A stretch of 64,000 nucleotides of DNA, from assembly GCA_965112155.1 (NCBI GenBank), contig OZ218100.1. One strand, 5' to 3'. The position numbers were made by a program, and so were the translations under genes. Positions within the stretch are counted from its first letter, which is position 1, and every line of letters begins with the position of its first letter. The notes below the pieces were generated by a model that did not search any database, was not told the DNA's origin, and saw only the letters and a list, made by a program, of their open reading frames with translations. Below are positions 38,855-49,356 of this stretch, piece after piece. This DNA is from Podarcis liolepis. Taxonomy: Eukaryota.

Positions 38855-39090
38855 CAAGCATAATGGTTCAGAACATGAGCTATGAGCCAGAAGTCCCTTG
38901 TTCAAATCTGAACTGAACTGTGAATTTACTGGTTGTCATTTGGTGAGCTGCTGTCTTTCAGTCTTGGAAGCCCTCTCTCTTTTCTCTAATTTTTGGAATA
39001 ACAATCCTTCCCTGCCTTACGGGGAGGTTATAAAGCTTTCAAGATGATGTAAAGCGCTTTGAACATTTGGGGAAAGTGCTCTATAATATC
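38855..39090 (+). mobile_element. MIR/CORE-like SINE with L2-type tail
   Basis: tRNA-like head (GTTCAAATC), core-like GGAATAACAAT...CCTTACGGGG and tail TGTAAAGCGCTTTGAACA...AAAGTGCTCTATAA. Confidence 0.55.
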
Positions 39091-39347
39091 TCCTAACACA
39101 GTGCATGGTGGGGAGAGGTAAGGTATTTCTGCAGGGCAGGCAAAAATATTGTTGCTGATGGAATAATTTCCTTGGCACTACACTGTATTCCACCCAGTGC
39201 TTTTGCTGTTGCTGTTGTTGTTAAACAAATCAGAAATCTTTGTTGGTTAACAGCAAACCACCCAGAAATCAATCAGCAGGATGTAGATCCAGGCCTCCCT
39301 TCTGCCTACCCTGATGTATACAAAACACTTTGAACATCAAAGTGATA

Positions 39348-39393
39348 TACTACTACTACTACTACTACTAATAATAATAATAATAATAATAAT
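39348..39393. repeat. (TAC)n(TAA)n microsatellite
   Basis: Seen directly in sequence. Confidence 0.9.
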
Positions 39394-40712
39394 TTTTAAT
39401 GGCACTTTCTGACAAATGTTTAATACCATAAACAATATATTTCACAGCTGCAAAGCTGTGTTCATTGGGGAGTATGTTCACTTGCAAAATATTTCCCACA
39501 ATAGCTTCCATCATTAAGAGCTATCTACATAGATGTTATTTATTTTATCCTAATAATCTTTGGCTTCATTAATCTTTCTTCCCCCAGACCTTCTTTCTTT
39601 TTTCCATTTAAAAGTAGAACTAACAGAAGTAGATTACTCTGGGAACTGTGAAATAAAATCTGTTGTAGTGCTTTAGGACTGAACTGGTGAAGAGCTGAAA
39701 AACCCAAATCTGGCTGCTTAAATGTCACTAAACTGGGGATTTCAGTCATTTGCCTTGTATATAAAATTAAATCCCATGGTCACGTGTGTTTTACTTTCTG
39801 TTAAAAAATAAATAAACCTAATATATGACTAATAGACTGGGACAAACCAACTTATGAGTGTCCCTTAGTAACCTGCCACAATTTAAAATCAAGCAGGGTG
39901 CAATAACTTCACCTTACAAATATTCAGCTATAGCAAAAATGCCCATATTACTTCTCTGATTGAGCATATCAACCAGATTGACACATTCTGAGTTTTCATG
40001 GCTGAGTTCAGCCCTGGGGGAAAAATAAGGAACAAAGGCATATAAAGAGCCAATTTCCTCTTACTATAAATAACTACACTCAGCTGCTGGCAAAGCCTCC
40101 CTAGGTGACTCCACAACCCTCTTCTAGTTTAACAACATCATCTGCAAGGAAATCTATGGAGAGTTGTTCTGTGCCTTATTCTCTCATCCATTTGGTCAAC
40201 TGAAGCATCACACAAAAGACTTTCAGTACACCTTTCATGCAGTGGCTACTGCAGATAGTTGTACATCAAGTGGACATGACCATATCATTCATATCCATTG
40301 AATACAGTTCAAAGACATGCTTCTAGAGCTCTGTAAATGGCAAATATTGCCAATCAAGCCCCATGTAGCACAGTCCACTCCATTCACTCCAGGTAAAATG
40401 TTGGATCAAACGTCTTTGGGGTGTGCAACAACCATAATATTTCCCCTCTGTCTGTATCAGCAGTACAGGGAGGCAGCTCATACATGTTTGGAATCACCTC
40501 TGTGTTGTTCTGAATCAATTTATTGTTCAGCTCTGATCTGTTAAATGTAAAGCTCTGTTTCACCCTTATTGATTACAATGGAGAATCTAAAAAGTCTAGA
40601 AATCCCCCGCCCATTTCACATAAGTGGATGAAATCTGCAGGTGAGGCCCTTGAGATCTGATTGGGCAGCCTGCATCTTGCAGGGAACCTTAGGGAAGTGT
40701 GCTCAAAGTATA

Positions 40713-41100
40713 ATAGAATTGTAGAGTAGGAAAGGACCCAAAGGTCATCTAGTCCAACATCCTGCAGTGCAGAAATCACAGCTAAAGAATCCCTGGCAGA
40801 CTGCCATCCAACCTCTGTTTAAAAATCTCCAATGAAGGAGAGTCCACCACCTTGCAAGGTTTTCTGTTCCACTATCAAATAGCTCTTACTGTCAGCAAGT
40901 GCTTCCTAATGTTTAGCTGGAATCTCCTTTCTTGTAAGATGAATTCATTTGTTGGAGTCCTACCCTCTGGAGTAGTAACAGAAAACAAGCTTGCTCCATC
41001 ATCCACGCCGCAGCCCTTCAGATATCTGAAGATGGATATCATATCACCTCTCAGTCATCTCTTCTCCAGGCTAAACATACCCAACTCCCTCAACCATTCC
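40713..41100 (-). mobile_element. CR1 LINE 3' fragment
   Basis: Reverse CR1 end: ATAGAATTGTAGAGTAGGAAAGGACC...TCCAATGAAGGAGAGTCCACCACC...CTTCTCCAGGCTAAACATACCCAACTCCCTCAACC. Confidence 0.9.
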
Positions 41101-41669
41101 AGTCACTTTATCATCTTTATCTTCTGTGTATTCTATACTCCTTCCTTTTATTGTGGTGGGGGTTGGGACTTCTAAATGTGCCCCACTTTGGACATTACAG
41201 TGGGAGCCAGAAAGAGCCAAGAACATCTATAGCCCTTTCTCTTCATAAGTGTAGGCCCATGCTAAGTTTTGTTTCTTGGTCATACCACAGTGTGACAAAG
41301 AGATACAGTAGCTACGAGGAATTGGCTTTTATAGCTATCATCCTAGTCCCATATCTCAGAATGCAATGATTATTGCTCACCTAAGGCACCATGATGATGA
41401 TGATGCCTCTGCACTTGATTTTCATTGGAGGCAAAATATATTTAGCTCTTCTTGCCCAAGCAGTATAGCTGCATCTGTTTTTTATAACTCCACAAGGCAC
41501 AAATAGAAGCAGAAAATTGGGAACCAGCATATCTCTACTTGAATATTGATTATACAGTATCTGTTCTGCCCTTTTGGGAATTATCTGGTGGTTTGTTGTC
41601 CATTAACAAGCAGTTTATCTGAGCAGAATATAATGTTCTGAATGCTATAAAAAGAACTCCAGTACACCA

Positions 41670-41801
41670 TCTGAAGAAGTGTGCATGCACACGAAGGCTT
41701 GTACCCAGAACAAACTTAGTTGGTCTCTAAGGTGCTATTGGACTATTTTTTAATTTTTTATTTTGACTGTGTCAGACCAAGACGGCTACCTACCTGAATC
41801 T
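41670..41801 (+). mobile_element. Penelope-like element terminal repeat remnant with minimal hammerhead-ribozyme motif
   Basis: CTGAAGA-A-GTGTG(CATG)CACAC-GAAGGCT followed by TTAGTTGGTCTCTAAGGTGCTA...CAGACCAAGACGGCTAC; 9-bp TSD AGTACACCA. Confidence 0.75.
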
Positions 41802-42347
41802 AGTACACCAAGCAGTTTTAAATCAGCTCACTCCCAATGAAAACAACACCCCCAGCTCCTTCCGTATGGAACTATTTAAACTTTTCCAAGAGTAAGCAGA
41901 CAAAAGGAATATATTTTTTCTCAGCTTCAGCTGTCAGTGGATACTTTCACACACCGTGTCATCAGCAACAGGGGCATTTTTATATCTATACAACAAAAAT
42001 CCAGCAAAAGTCCCTCTAGAAATTATCCTGATTCCCCCAATCCCAGGTCAACATAGTCCATACTGTATTTACATGACCGTCTGCTCAGCTTATCCACACA
42101 AACTTTGCAAAACTAAATAATAACATATTTTAAATACAAGTTTTATTGGGTCAGTAGATTATGGGTTAAGAGGTAGGTGTCTCCAAAATATTTATGGCTT
42201 TAAAGCAGTTTTGTACCAAGCCCATGAATTACCTGGTAATTAGTGTTGTTACTTAAGTACTGGATTACTGACTTATTTCTATACCACCATATCATACAAT
42301 ATCAGGTTAAAATCAAAACAATGATCTTCCATTGTCTATGGAGACAG

Positions 42348-42481
42348 NNNNNNNNNNNNNNNNNNNNNNNNNNNNNNNNNNNNNNNNNNNNNNNNNNNNN
42401 NNNNNNNNNNNNNNNNNNNNNNNNNNNNNNNNNNNNNNNNNNNNNNNNNNNNNNNNNNNNNNNNNNNNNNNNNNNNNNNNN
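42348..42481. other. Assembly gap (134 N)
   Basis: Run of N. Confidence 1.
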
Positions 42482-42729
42482 GACCAGCAGCAGATTCTGA
42501 ATTAACACATCACAAAGCACATCAGTGATCAAGCTGAAAAATTACCAAGGCATCTATGACATAGTCGTTATGTCTTTGTCCTCTAGGTTGGTATGGCTGG
42601 TATTCCAACCTAAACGAATATAAAGCACTCTTAGACATAGCTGCAATCTAGATATCCAAGTTGGGTTCCAGAGCACATTCTAAAGTAAGCTTTATCCTTA
42701 AGGGAGAATGTAACAGCACCTGGAATAGA

Positions 42730-42960
42730 TGAACTAAAAGTTCATTATCACCATCTGATCTGGAGTGAAGTTGAGTTTGCACGGCAACATAGTCCCTCCA
42801 TCCTCAAACCCACACATGGTAGCCTGGAAGTATATCCTATCAAAAACCACCAAGAGGTCATGGAGAATTATAGTGAGCATATGCTCTCCCTGTGTTTCCC
42901 AGCATGGATCATCTATCAGGATGACCAAAGCCATTTAAGGGCCATAACCAGGACTGGAAT
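42730..42960 (-). mobile_element. Highly degraded L2 RT fragment
   Basis: ALVILIDD...LTIILHDLLVVFDRI resembles the L2 motif ETALV...LLILLDLSAAFDTI. Confidence 0.5.
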
Positions 42961-43944
42961 TTATTCATAATCAGCCTTGTAAAATATGCTTGGAGCTGAA
43001 TGACCACCAGTTATTAGATCACCATGCTCAAGGATGGAAGATCATGAGATGTGTAGAGTATTGCATGTGTTTTATATAAAATAAGTATTAAAATGTTGTG
43101 GAAGTTTGTGATACAGCATTTTCCCTGCACTTTTCTGGGAAAATGGAATGTTCTTAAATTGGTCTCAGTCATCATCAAAACGTTTTTCTAAAATCAAACA
43201 TTTTGCAGCTGTTCAAGTAGTAAAAAACTTTGGTTGCAGAGAGGTGTTTGATGACTCAAGCCAACAGAAATTCTGTATTTACTAGTATTGTTCATATTAT
43301 TGTTCATATTCTGAAAACCTCACTATATCCAAGTCTGAGGGATTTTTTCACTGACTGAATGTATTCTCTGGCATTCGTTTAAAGCGCAGATGTTTGGACC
43401 CTAAATCTCCAATGTTGATTATGTTGGTTTGCTTAATATCTGATACGGCTCTTCTCCTTGTTAACATTTCCAGAAATCTACAGGGAATAAGTGGAATTGC
43501 CAGCAAAAACAAAATACTGAAAAAGGTCAGAGGCAGTAAAATATTTTCTCCTTTGAAGTACAAATTACTTTAACCTCATTGTTAAAGTGTCACATGCTAG
43601 ATGATAATCACTGGCCTGATGCTCTTTTCATTTACACTGATACCCATCAGGAATAATTCAGACAGGCTAATACAATCTTGAGATGGATTATTCTTCTTCC
43701 CATATTGTAAGAAAAAAATCAAGTTTCTCACATAAATGAATAACCTCATACCTCTCCTAATAAGCAAAACATTGCTTAATTTACACACTCTTGTCTTTGT
43801 GCTATGCCTCCCACATTATTATTTTGAAAATGAAATGCATTGTCAAATGAAGTCACTATTGTTTCTGCTGGAAGTCTGCATTTTTAAACTGTAAAGCCTT
43901 ATTTCAATTTAATTTGTGCTGATTTTTAGAGCGACATTTAAGCG

Positions 43945-44319
43945 AAAGGGAAAGATAAAGGACCCCTGTACAGTTAAGTCCAGTCAAAGTTGACTATGGG
44001 GTATGGCGCTCATCTCGCTTTTTAGGCTGAGGGAGCTGGCGTTTGTGCACAGACAGCTTTCCGGGTCATGTGACCAGCATGACTAAATCACTACTGGTGC
44101 ACAGAGGACCGTGATGAGTGCCGAAGCACATGGAAATGTTGTTTACTTTTCTGCCGCAGCAGTACCTATTTATCTACTTGCATTGGTATGCTTTCTAACA
44201 GCTAGGTTGGCAGAAGCTGGGACAGAGCAACGAGAGCTCACCCCATTACGCGGATTCGAACCGCTAACCTTCCAATTGGCAAGTGCAAGAGTCTCAGTGG
44301 TTTAGACCACAGCACCACC
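43945..44319 (-). mobile_element. Sauria SINE (Squam1), near full length
   Basis: Reverse of GGTGGTGCTGTGGTCTAAACCACTGAG...GGTTCGAATCC...AAGTAGATAAATAGGTAC...CACATGACCCGGAAAGCTG...AGGGGTCCTTTATCTTT. Confidence 0.92.
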
Positions 44320-45171
44320 TGGGAAGCATGCAGCACAATGCTATACATGTCTGCTCAGAGAGGCTGAGCAGTTATTGCAGCTTGGTTGGAGGATGTCTTC
44401 TGGTTCCTGTATGGCTTCTGGAGGACGTGACTTCCTCTTTCGCTGGCCATGCAGGTTGCCGGGGTCTGCCCATGCCTGGAAGTGCGACTTGCAGTGTGGA
44501 CCAGAGTGAAGACTTTGACCCCTGGCTTTACTCTGGTGCACCCCTCAGGAATTTAAACAGGCCTCAGCAGCTCATTCGGCGCTGTAAGTTTTGATGATGT
44601 TTCCAGCTATAGATTATTATTAATTTTTATTTATTAAATTGGTTTATTGCCCTTCACCAGTATGTACAATACAAAATGAGAATAGAAAATCCATAATAAA
44701 ACAAAGACAAACCAATAATACCCCTCCCATAAACATATTTAAAAATCCATAGAATGTTAATCAGCCAAATATTATGTAATGTACATTAAAATGTCAAATC
44801 TTGATGGTTGCTAAGGATGAAACTGCATGCAATATTGACAAATACGTGTTTCCCTAGTGTTACTGTAGCTCTATTCAACAGGGATATCCCTGAATGTGGA
44901 AATGTGGTGAACTAAAGGAAAGTGATAAACTGACAGAAACTGATCCTGATATGTCACTGAGAGAAACCCTTCTTGTGGTATTCTGAGTTAAGTGGCGGGA
45001 AGCAACATCCACATGAAGGGAATGGCCAATGTGGTACCCTCTAGATGTTGCTGAATTCCAGCTCCCATATTTTCACCTGCTCATTGGCCAGACTGGCTGG
45101 GTTGGAGTCCAATGACACCTGGAGGATGCCATGTTGGTTGCCCCTTTGGTACCAAGTCTTGTGAGACCCAT

Positions 45172-45434
45172 GGTGACCTCCTGTTGCTCGGTCCCTGCTC
45201 CTGCCAACCTAGCAGTTCGAAAGCACACAGTGCAAGTAGATAAATAGGTACCGCTCCAGCGGGAGTGTAAACAGCGTTTCCATGTGCTGCTCTGGTTTGC
45301 CAGAAGAGGCTTAGTCATGCTGGCCACATGACCTGGAAGCTGTATGCCGGCTCCCTTGGCCAGTAAAGCCAGATGAGAGCCACAACCCCAGAGTCGTCCG
45401 CGACTGGACCTAACAGTCAGGGGTCCCTTTACCT
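45172..45434 (+). mobile_element. Sauria SINE (lacertid-type), 5'-truncated
   Basis: TGCTCGGTCCCTGCTCCTGCCAACCTAGCAGTTCGAAAGCAC...GTAGATAAATAGGTACCGCT...GTCAGGGGTCCCTTTACC. Confidence 0.92.
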
Positions 45435-47070
45435 ATGTGTGTTATGTACATAGTTATTCACCCTTGAATCCGAAAAAAGTAAAAAAAAAAGCAGCCATGG
45501 GCACCACTAGATGAATTTGAAACTTTTGTTTGTATAAAAATTTGACTCGACAAACTGTTTAAATCATAAATAATTCTTCTCTCTTTTTGTTTTAATGTGG
45601 GCATGGAAGAAGTGTGGGCTGAATATCTGACACCCCATCCTTCAGCCAAGCATTTTTTCCCACCTCCCAAAGAGAACGCTTTCAAATGTCAGCTGGTCAA
45701 AAGGACAAACAGGGAAATGAATCTGAAGTGGACAACAATAGGAAAGCGGAAATGAGTGGCATAATGTGTTTGAAGAGGAGGAAGGTGCCTTAAAAAAAAA
45801 AAAAGCACTAAAACAGCTTTGTGTTTCCTTTAGTCACAAAAGAAAGTAGCATTGGGCAAAGCTTAATTTTCCCACAGCAAGTTTGTTCTTTGATGAGTTT
45901 CATGTTCACATGACATGAAAAAGTGGGGTGAATGTTTGTATTGTGAAGTATGTGTTTATAAAAAGAGCAAGTGATATCTGATATGAATCTGCTGAGGTGG
46001 GTGAAGAGCAACAATGGATTCTAAAGTCCCAGAGATTGATGGAAACATCTGCAGCACTGTTTGGTAGTTGTAAGGCACAAGCTATCACAAAGTACGGTTC
46101 CTGTGTGATTTCCAAGGACACCAAGTTGCTGAGATTTTAATGTGCTTCCAAGGCTTTGCCAGTACTTTCTAAGTTTCTTTTTCCTTTTTCTTTTTAATGT
46201 AGAAGGACAGTTTTATGTGAGAAAACCTTGGTAATCTTTATGAAATGCTCCTTAGATTTTGATGTTCAGAATGATCTGATCTTGTTTGCAGACTGACAAT
46301 GAAATATTAAGGAGTTTGTTTGGTTTCCAAACTTTGTTCGGATTGCTGCGCATACAGTTTGATTCAATATGCATCTTTGCTACTCCTCCCTTTCCCAAAC
46401 TCACATTATAAGTTACTGATGAGAATGAGAGCATATGCGTATTTAGTGCTCATTCCTGTCTTATTTGCCTCCAGATCCATTTGCTAAACTCCACTATAGT
46501 TTCAGAAGTAGTTCTTACACCATGTGTAAGCTCAAATACAATGTGGAAAGTAACATTTAAGGGAGCATTATCACACAAATAGAATAAACTTCCATGTGAA
46601 TACAGCCAGAAAAAAATATATATGTGTCTACTCGGAAGTAAGCATCACAGAGTTGAATGGGACTAACTCCAGGGCCTTTTCACTGGTAGCATCAGTGCTC
46701 TGAAATGCACACCATGCTGAAATACTAGAGGTCCCATGAGTATTGGCATTCCATCAGCTTTCGATTTCGACTCTCCGGTTTACTCAGCCAGTCCTTTGAC
46801 TTTTTGACCTGGTTCTCCTGTTTTAATTTCTGGTTTGTTTAAATGCAATTGTTTTATTGCAAATATTAATGATGGATGTTTATATTTTAACATTCTAAAG
46901 GAATTGTTGAACTGTGTGTTTTGGTAAGGGATTTTTTATATCTAAATCCTTGTGTGATTGGTTCTTATACTTACAAACTGCTCGGAGACCTATTTTGGTA
47001 TTAGGAAATACATAATAAAAGTAGTAGGATTGCAATCTCAGTCAGGGTTTGAACCTTGGTTTCTCTAGCT

Positions 47071-47206
47071 CAGGGTTTCCCAAAGTTGGGTCTCCAGCTG
47101 TTTTTGGACTACAGTTCCCATCATCCCTGACCACTGGTCCTTTTAGCTAGGGATGATGGGAATTGTAGTCCAAAAGCTGCTAGAAACCCAACTTTGGGAC
47201 ACCCTG
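47071..47206. mobile_element. hAT-type palindromic MITE
   Basis: CAGGGTTTCCCAAAGTTGGG...CCCAACTTTGGGACACCCTG; same core as the copies at 8360 and 26794. Confidence 0.85.
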
Positions 47207-47249
47207 CAGTCTAGCCTTAGCCTGGTACTACAACCATTGCATCATGGAA

Positions 47250-47412
47250 TGGAAGGTGGGGGACTCTTCTTTATTGGAGATTTTTAAACGAAGGTTGGAT
47301 GGTCATCTGTCGGGGATTATTTAGTTGTGATACCTGCATTGCAGGGGAGTTGGACTAGATAACCCTTGGAACCCTTGGCAGCCCTTCCAAATCTACAATT
47401 CAGTGATTCTAT
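47250..47412 (+). mobile_element. CR1 3' end
   Basis: AGGTTGGATGGTCATCTGTC...CTGCATTGCAGGGGAGTTGGACTAGAT...GATTCTATG. Confidence 0.8.
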
Positions 47413-47798
47413 GCTTTCCTTGCAGCTACCACAAACTTGACATATCTGGACTGTGCCCATTGATAAATTATTTTTAGAAATTCTCTGCATTACCCTGGAA
47501 ATCAGGTGGAGCATGATTGGGGCAAACCTGCCATGGAACAATAAGGCAGGCTGGGAAGACAGCCACTCAGCCTGACATGTGCCCATGAATGAAATTGAAA
47601 CTCTCTTCAAATGATTGCTGCAAGCCACCACAGGGGGAAAAATATATTTTGTGTGCACATCAGGTACTTTCCTTGTCTCAAAGCAGTCATTTGGATTTAC
47701 TTCATTAGACCCACTTGAAAATGCCTGAGCTCAGAAAGAGCAGAACAGAATGAAATAATAACCCTTAAATGATGCAGCCTCTGTCACAACCCAACTTC

Positions 47799-47812
47799 GG
47801 GGGGGGGGGGGG

Positions 47813-47852
<40 letters not shown>
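47799..47852. repeat. Poly-G followed by (GA)n
   Basis: Seen directly in sequence. Confidence 0.9.
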
Positions 47853-47859
<7 letters not shown>

Positions 47860-48758
47860 AAACCCAACAATTCTTCTTCAACTACTCAAGCATGGGTTCA
47901 TCTAAAATAGCTTAGTAACAGTTAGTACCAAGGAGAAATCCAGATGGAAAAAATTAGATGAGAGTGAAGATGGTCCCCCCCCCTTTTTTTTCTTCTTTTG
48001 GATGAACAAGAAAGTGTAGTGAATAGCTGTTATGTCAGAGCTACTCACTGCTTCTGGATGAAAGATCCAGGTACCTAATGACTCATAAGCATATGAGGAT
48101 AGCCTGCAGCTTTGACCTTGACTCCCCCTCCCCCTGATATCCCACAGAAAAAACACACACACTTTACTAGATCCAATAGACCAATGATTCAACTTAACTC
48201 TCCATCTTTTCCCTGACAAGTGGCCTGTACTGCAGGCTACAAAGGGATTGCATAAACCACGAGCAAAGTTTTGAAGGTATATGCAATTGTCAGTCCCCCA
48301 TGGTTGGCTACCTGCTTCAAACAAGCAAATGCTTCGAGACACCAGAGGGAAGATTTTTTTTCTCCATTCCCAAGCCATATTGGCTGAAAGCAATTGATGA
48401 TCCTAACATCTAGAAGTACTCACAGGGGGCCTATTTTCATTTTGATTTATTTTTAGGAATGTAGGGGGAAGTATAAAGATACTGAAATGGAAACTTTTGC
48501 TTTGCTTTGTTTTCCGTTTCTTCTTATCACTGCCTATAAGATAGTTGTTACCGGTAACTCTGCAAATATTTGCTAGTCTGAAAGCCCCTCTGTCTGTCGG
48601 CCAATCAGTCTCCCCATGGATGCAAGCAACATCCTGTAAGACAAACTAGTAATAATGCTACCTTTCCCCTTTTGTCATAGCCGTAGTAAGTTCACTAATG
48701 GAATAATGTCAAAATAAAATGGAAAGCAACTATTTTTTATTGTTATGCTCCTCACATA

Positions 48759-48902
48759 ACAGATAGCTCAGTCAGCAGAGCATGAAACTCTTTAGCTCAG
48801 GGCCGTGGATTTGCGCCCCACTTTGGGCAAAAGATTTCTGCATTGCAGGGGGTTGGACTAGATAACCCCCTTGGTTCCTTCCCACTCCTCAATTCTATGA
48901 TT
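48759..48902 (+). mobile_element. tRNA-Lys-headed SINE with CR1 3' tail
   Basis: GATAGCTCAGTCAGCAGAGCATGAAACTCTTTAGCTCAGGGCCGTGGATTTGCGCCCCACTTTGGGC (degenerate tRNA-Lys-CTT) fused to CTGCATTGCAGGGGGTTGGACTAGAT...ATTCTATGA. Confidence 0.75.
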
Positions 48903-49209
48903 GCATGGTTTGTTCACCATGAATTATTCCTCAGACCAACAGCAGCCCAGCAGGTGGCACTAGCAATTTTCTTTTCCACAGAGAAAAAACTGAGCAAGCA
49001 GGCCCCATCCACACAACACATTGATTTCAGAGGATTTCCATTCTCAAGAATGCCAGCATGGGAGTCACTTTACTCTTTTTCTTAGGAATATCATCGCATC
49101 CATCAACTTGTGACTTACATTAAAACAAAACACAACAACAGATATGTTAAATGCATTTACACACTTCACATTTTGTCTAGTTTGATCATAGGGTTTGAGA
49201 TAGTGGGGG

Positions 49210-49356
49210 CAGTGGCGTAGCGTGGGGGGTGCAGGGGGGGGCGGCCGCACCGGGCGCAACATCTGGGGGTTAGGGTTAGGGGGTGCAAATCCATGGGTTA
49301 GGGGGCGCAAATTACTTGCCTTGCCCCGGGTGCTGACAACCCACGCTACGCCACTG
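49210..49356. mobile_element. Young hAT MITE with internal TTAGGG repeats
   Basis: TIR CAGTGGCGTAGCGTGGG / CCCACGCTACGCCACTG; perfect TSD AGTGGGGG; CpG intact. Confidence 0.92.

Noticed and set aside
48759-48830. Functional tRNA-Lys gene
   Set aside because: The B box and stems are mutated, and it is fused to a CR1 tail; it is a SINE head.
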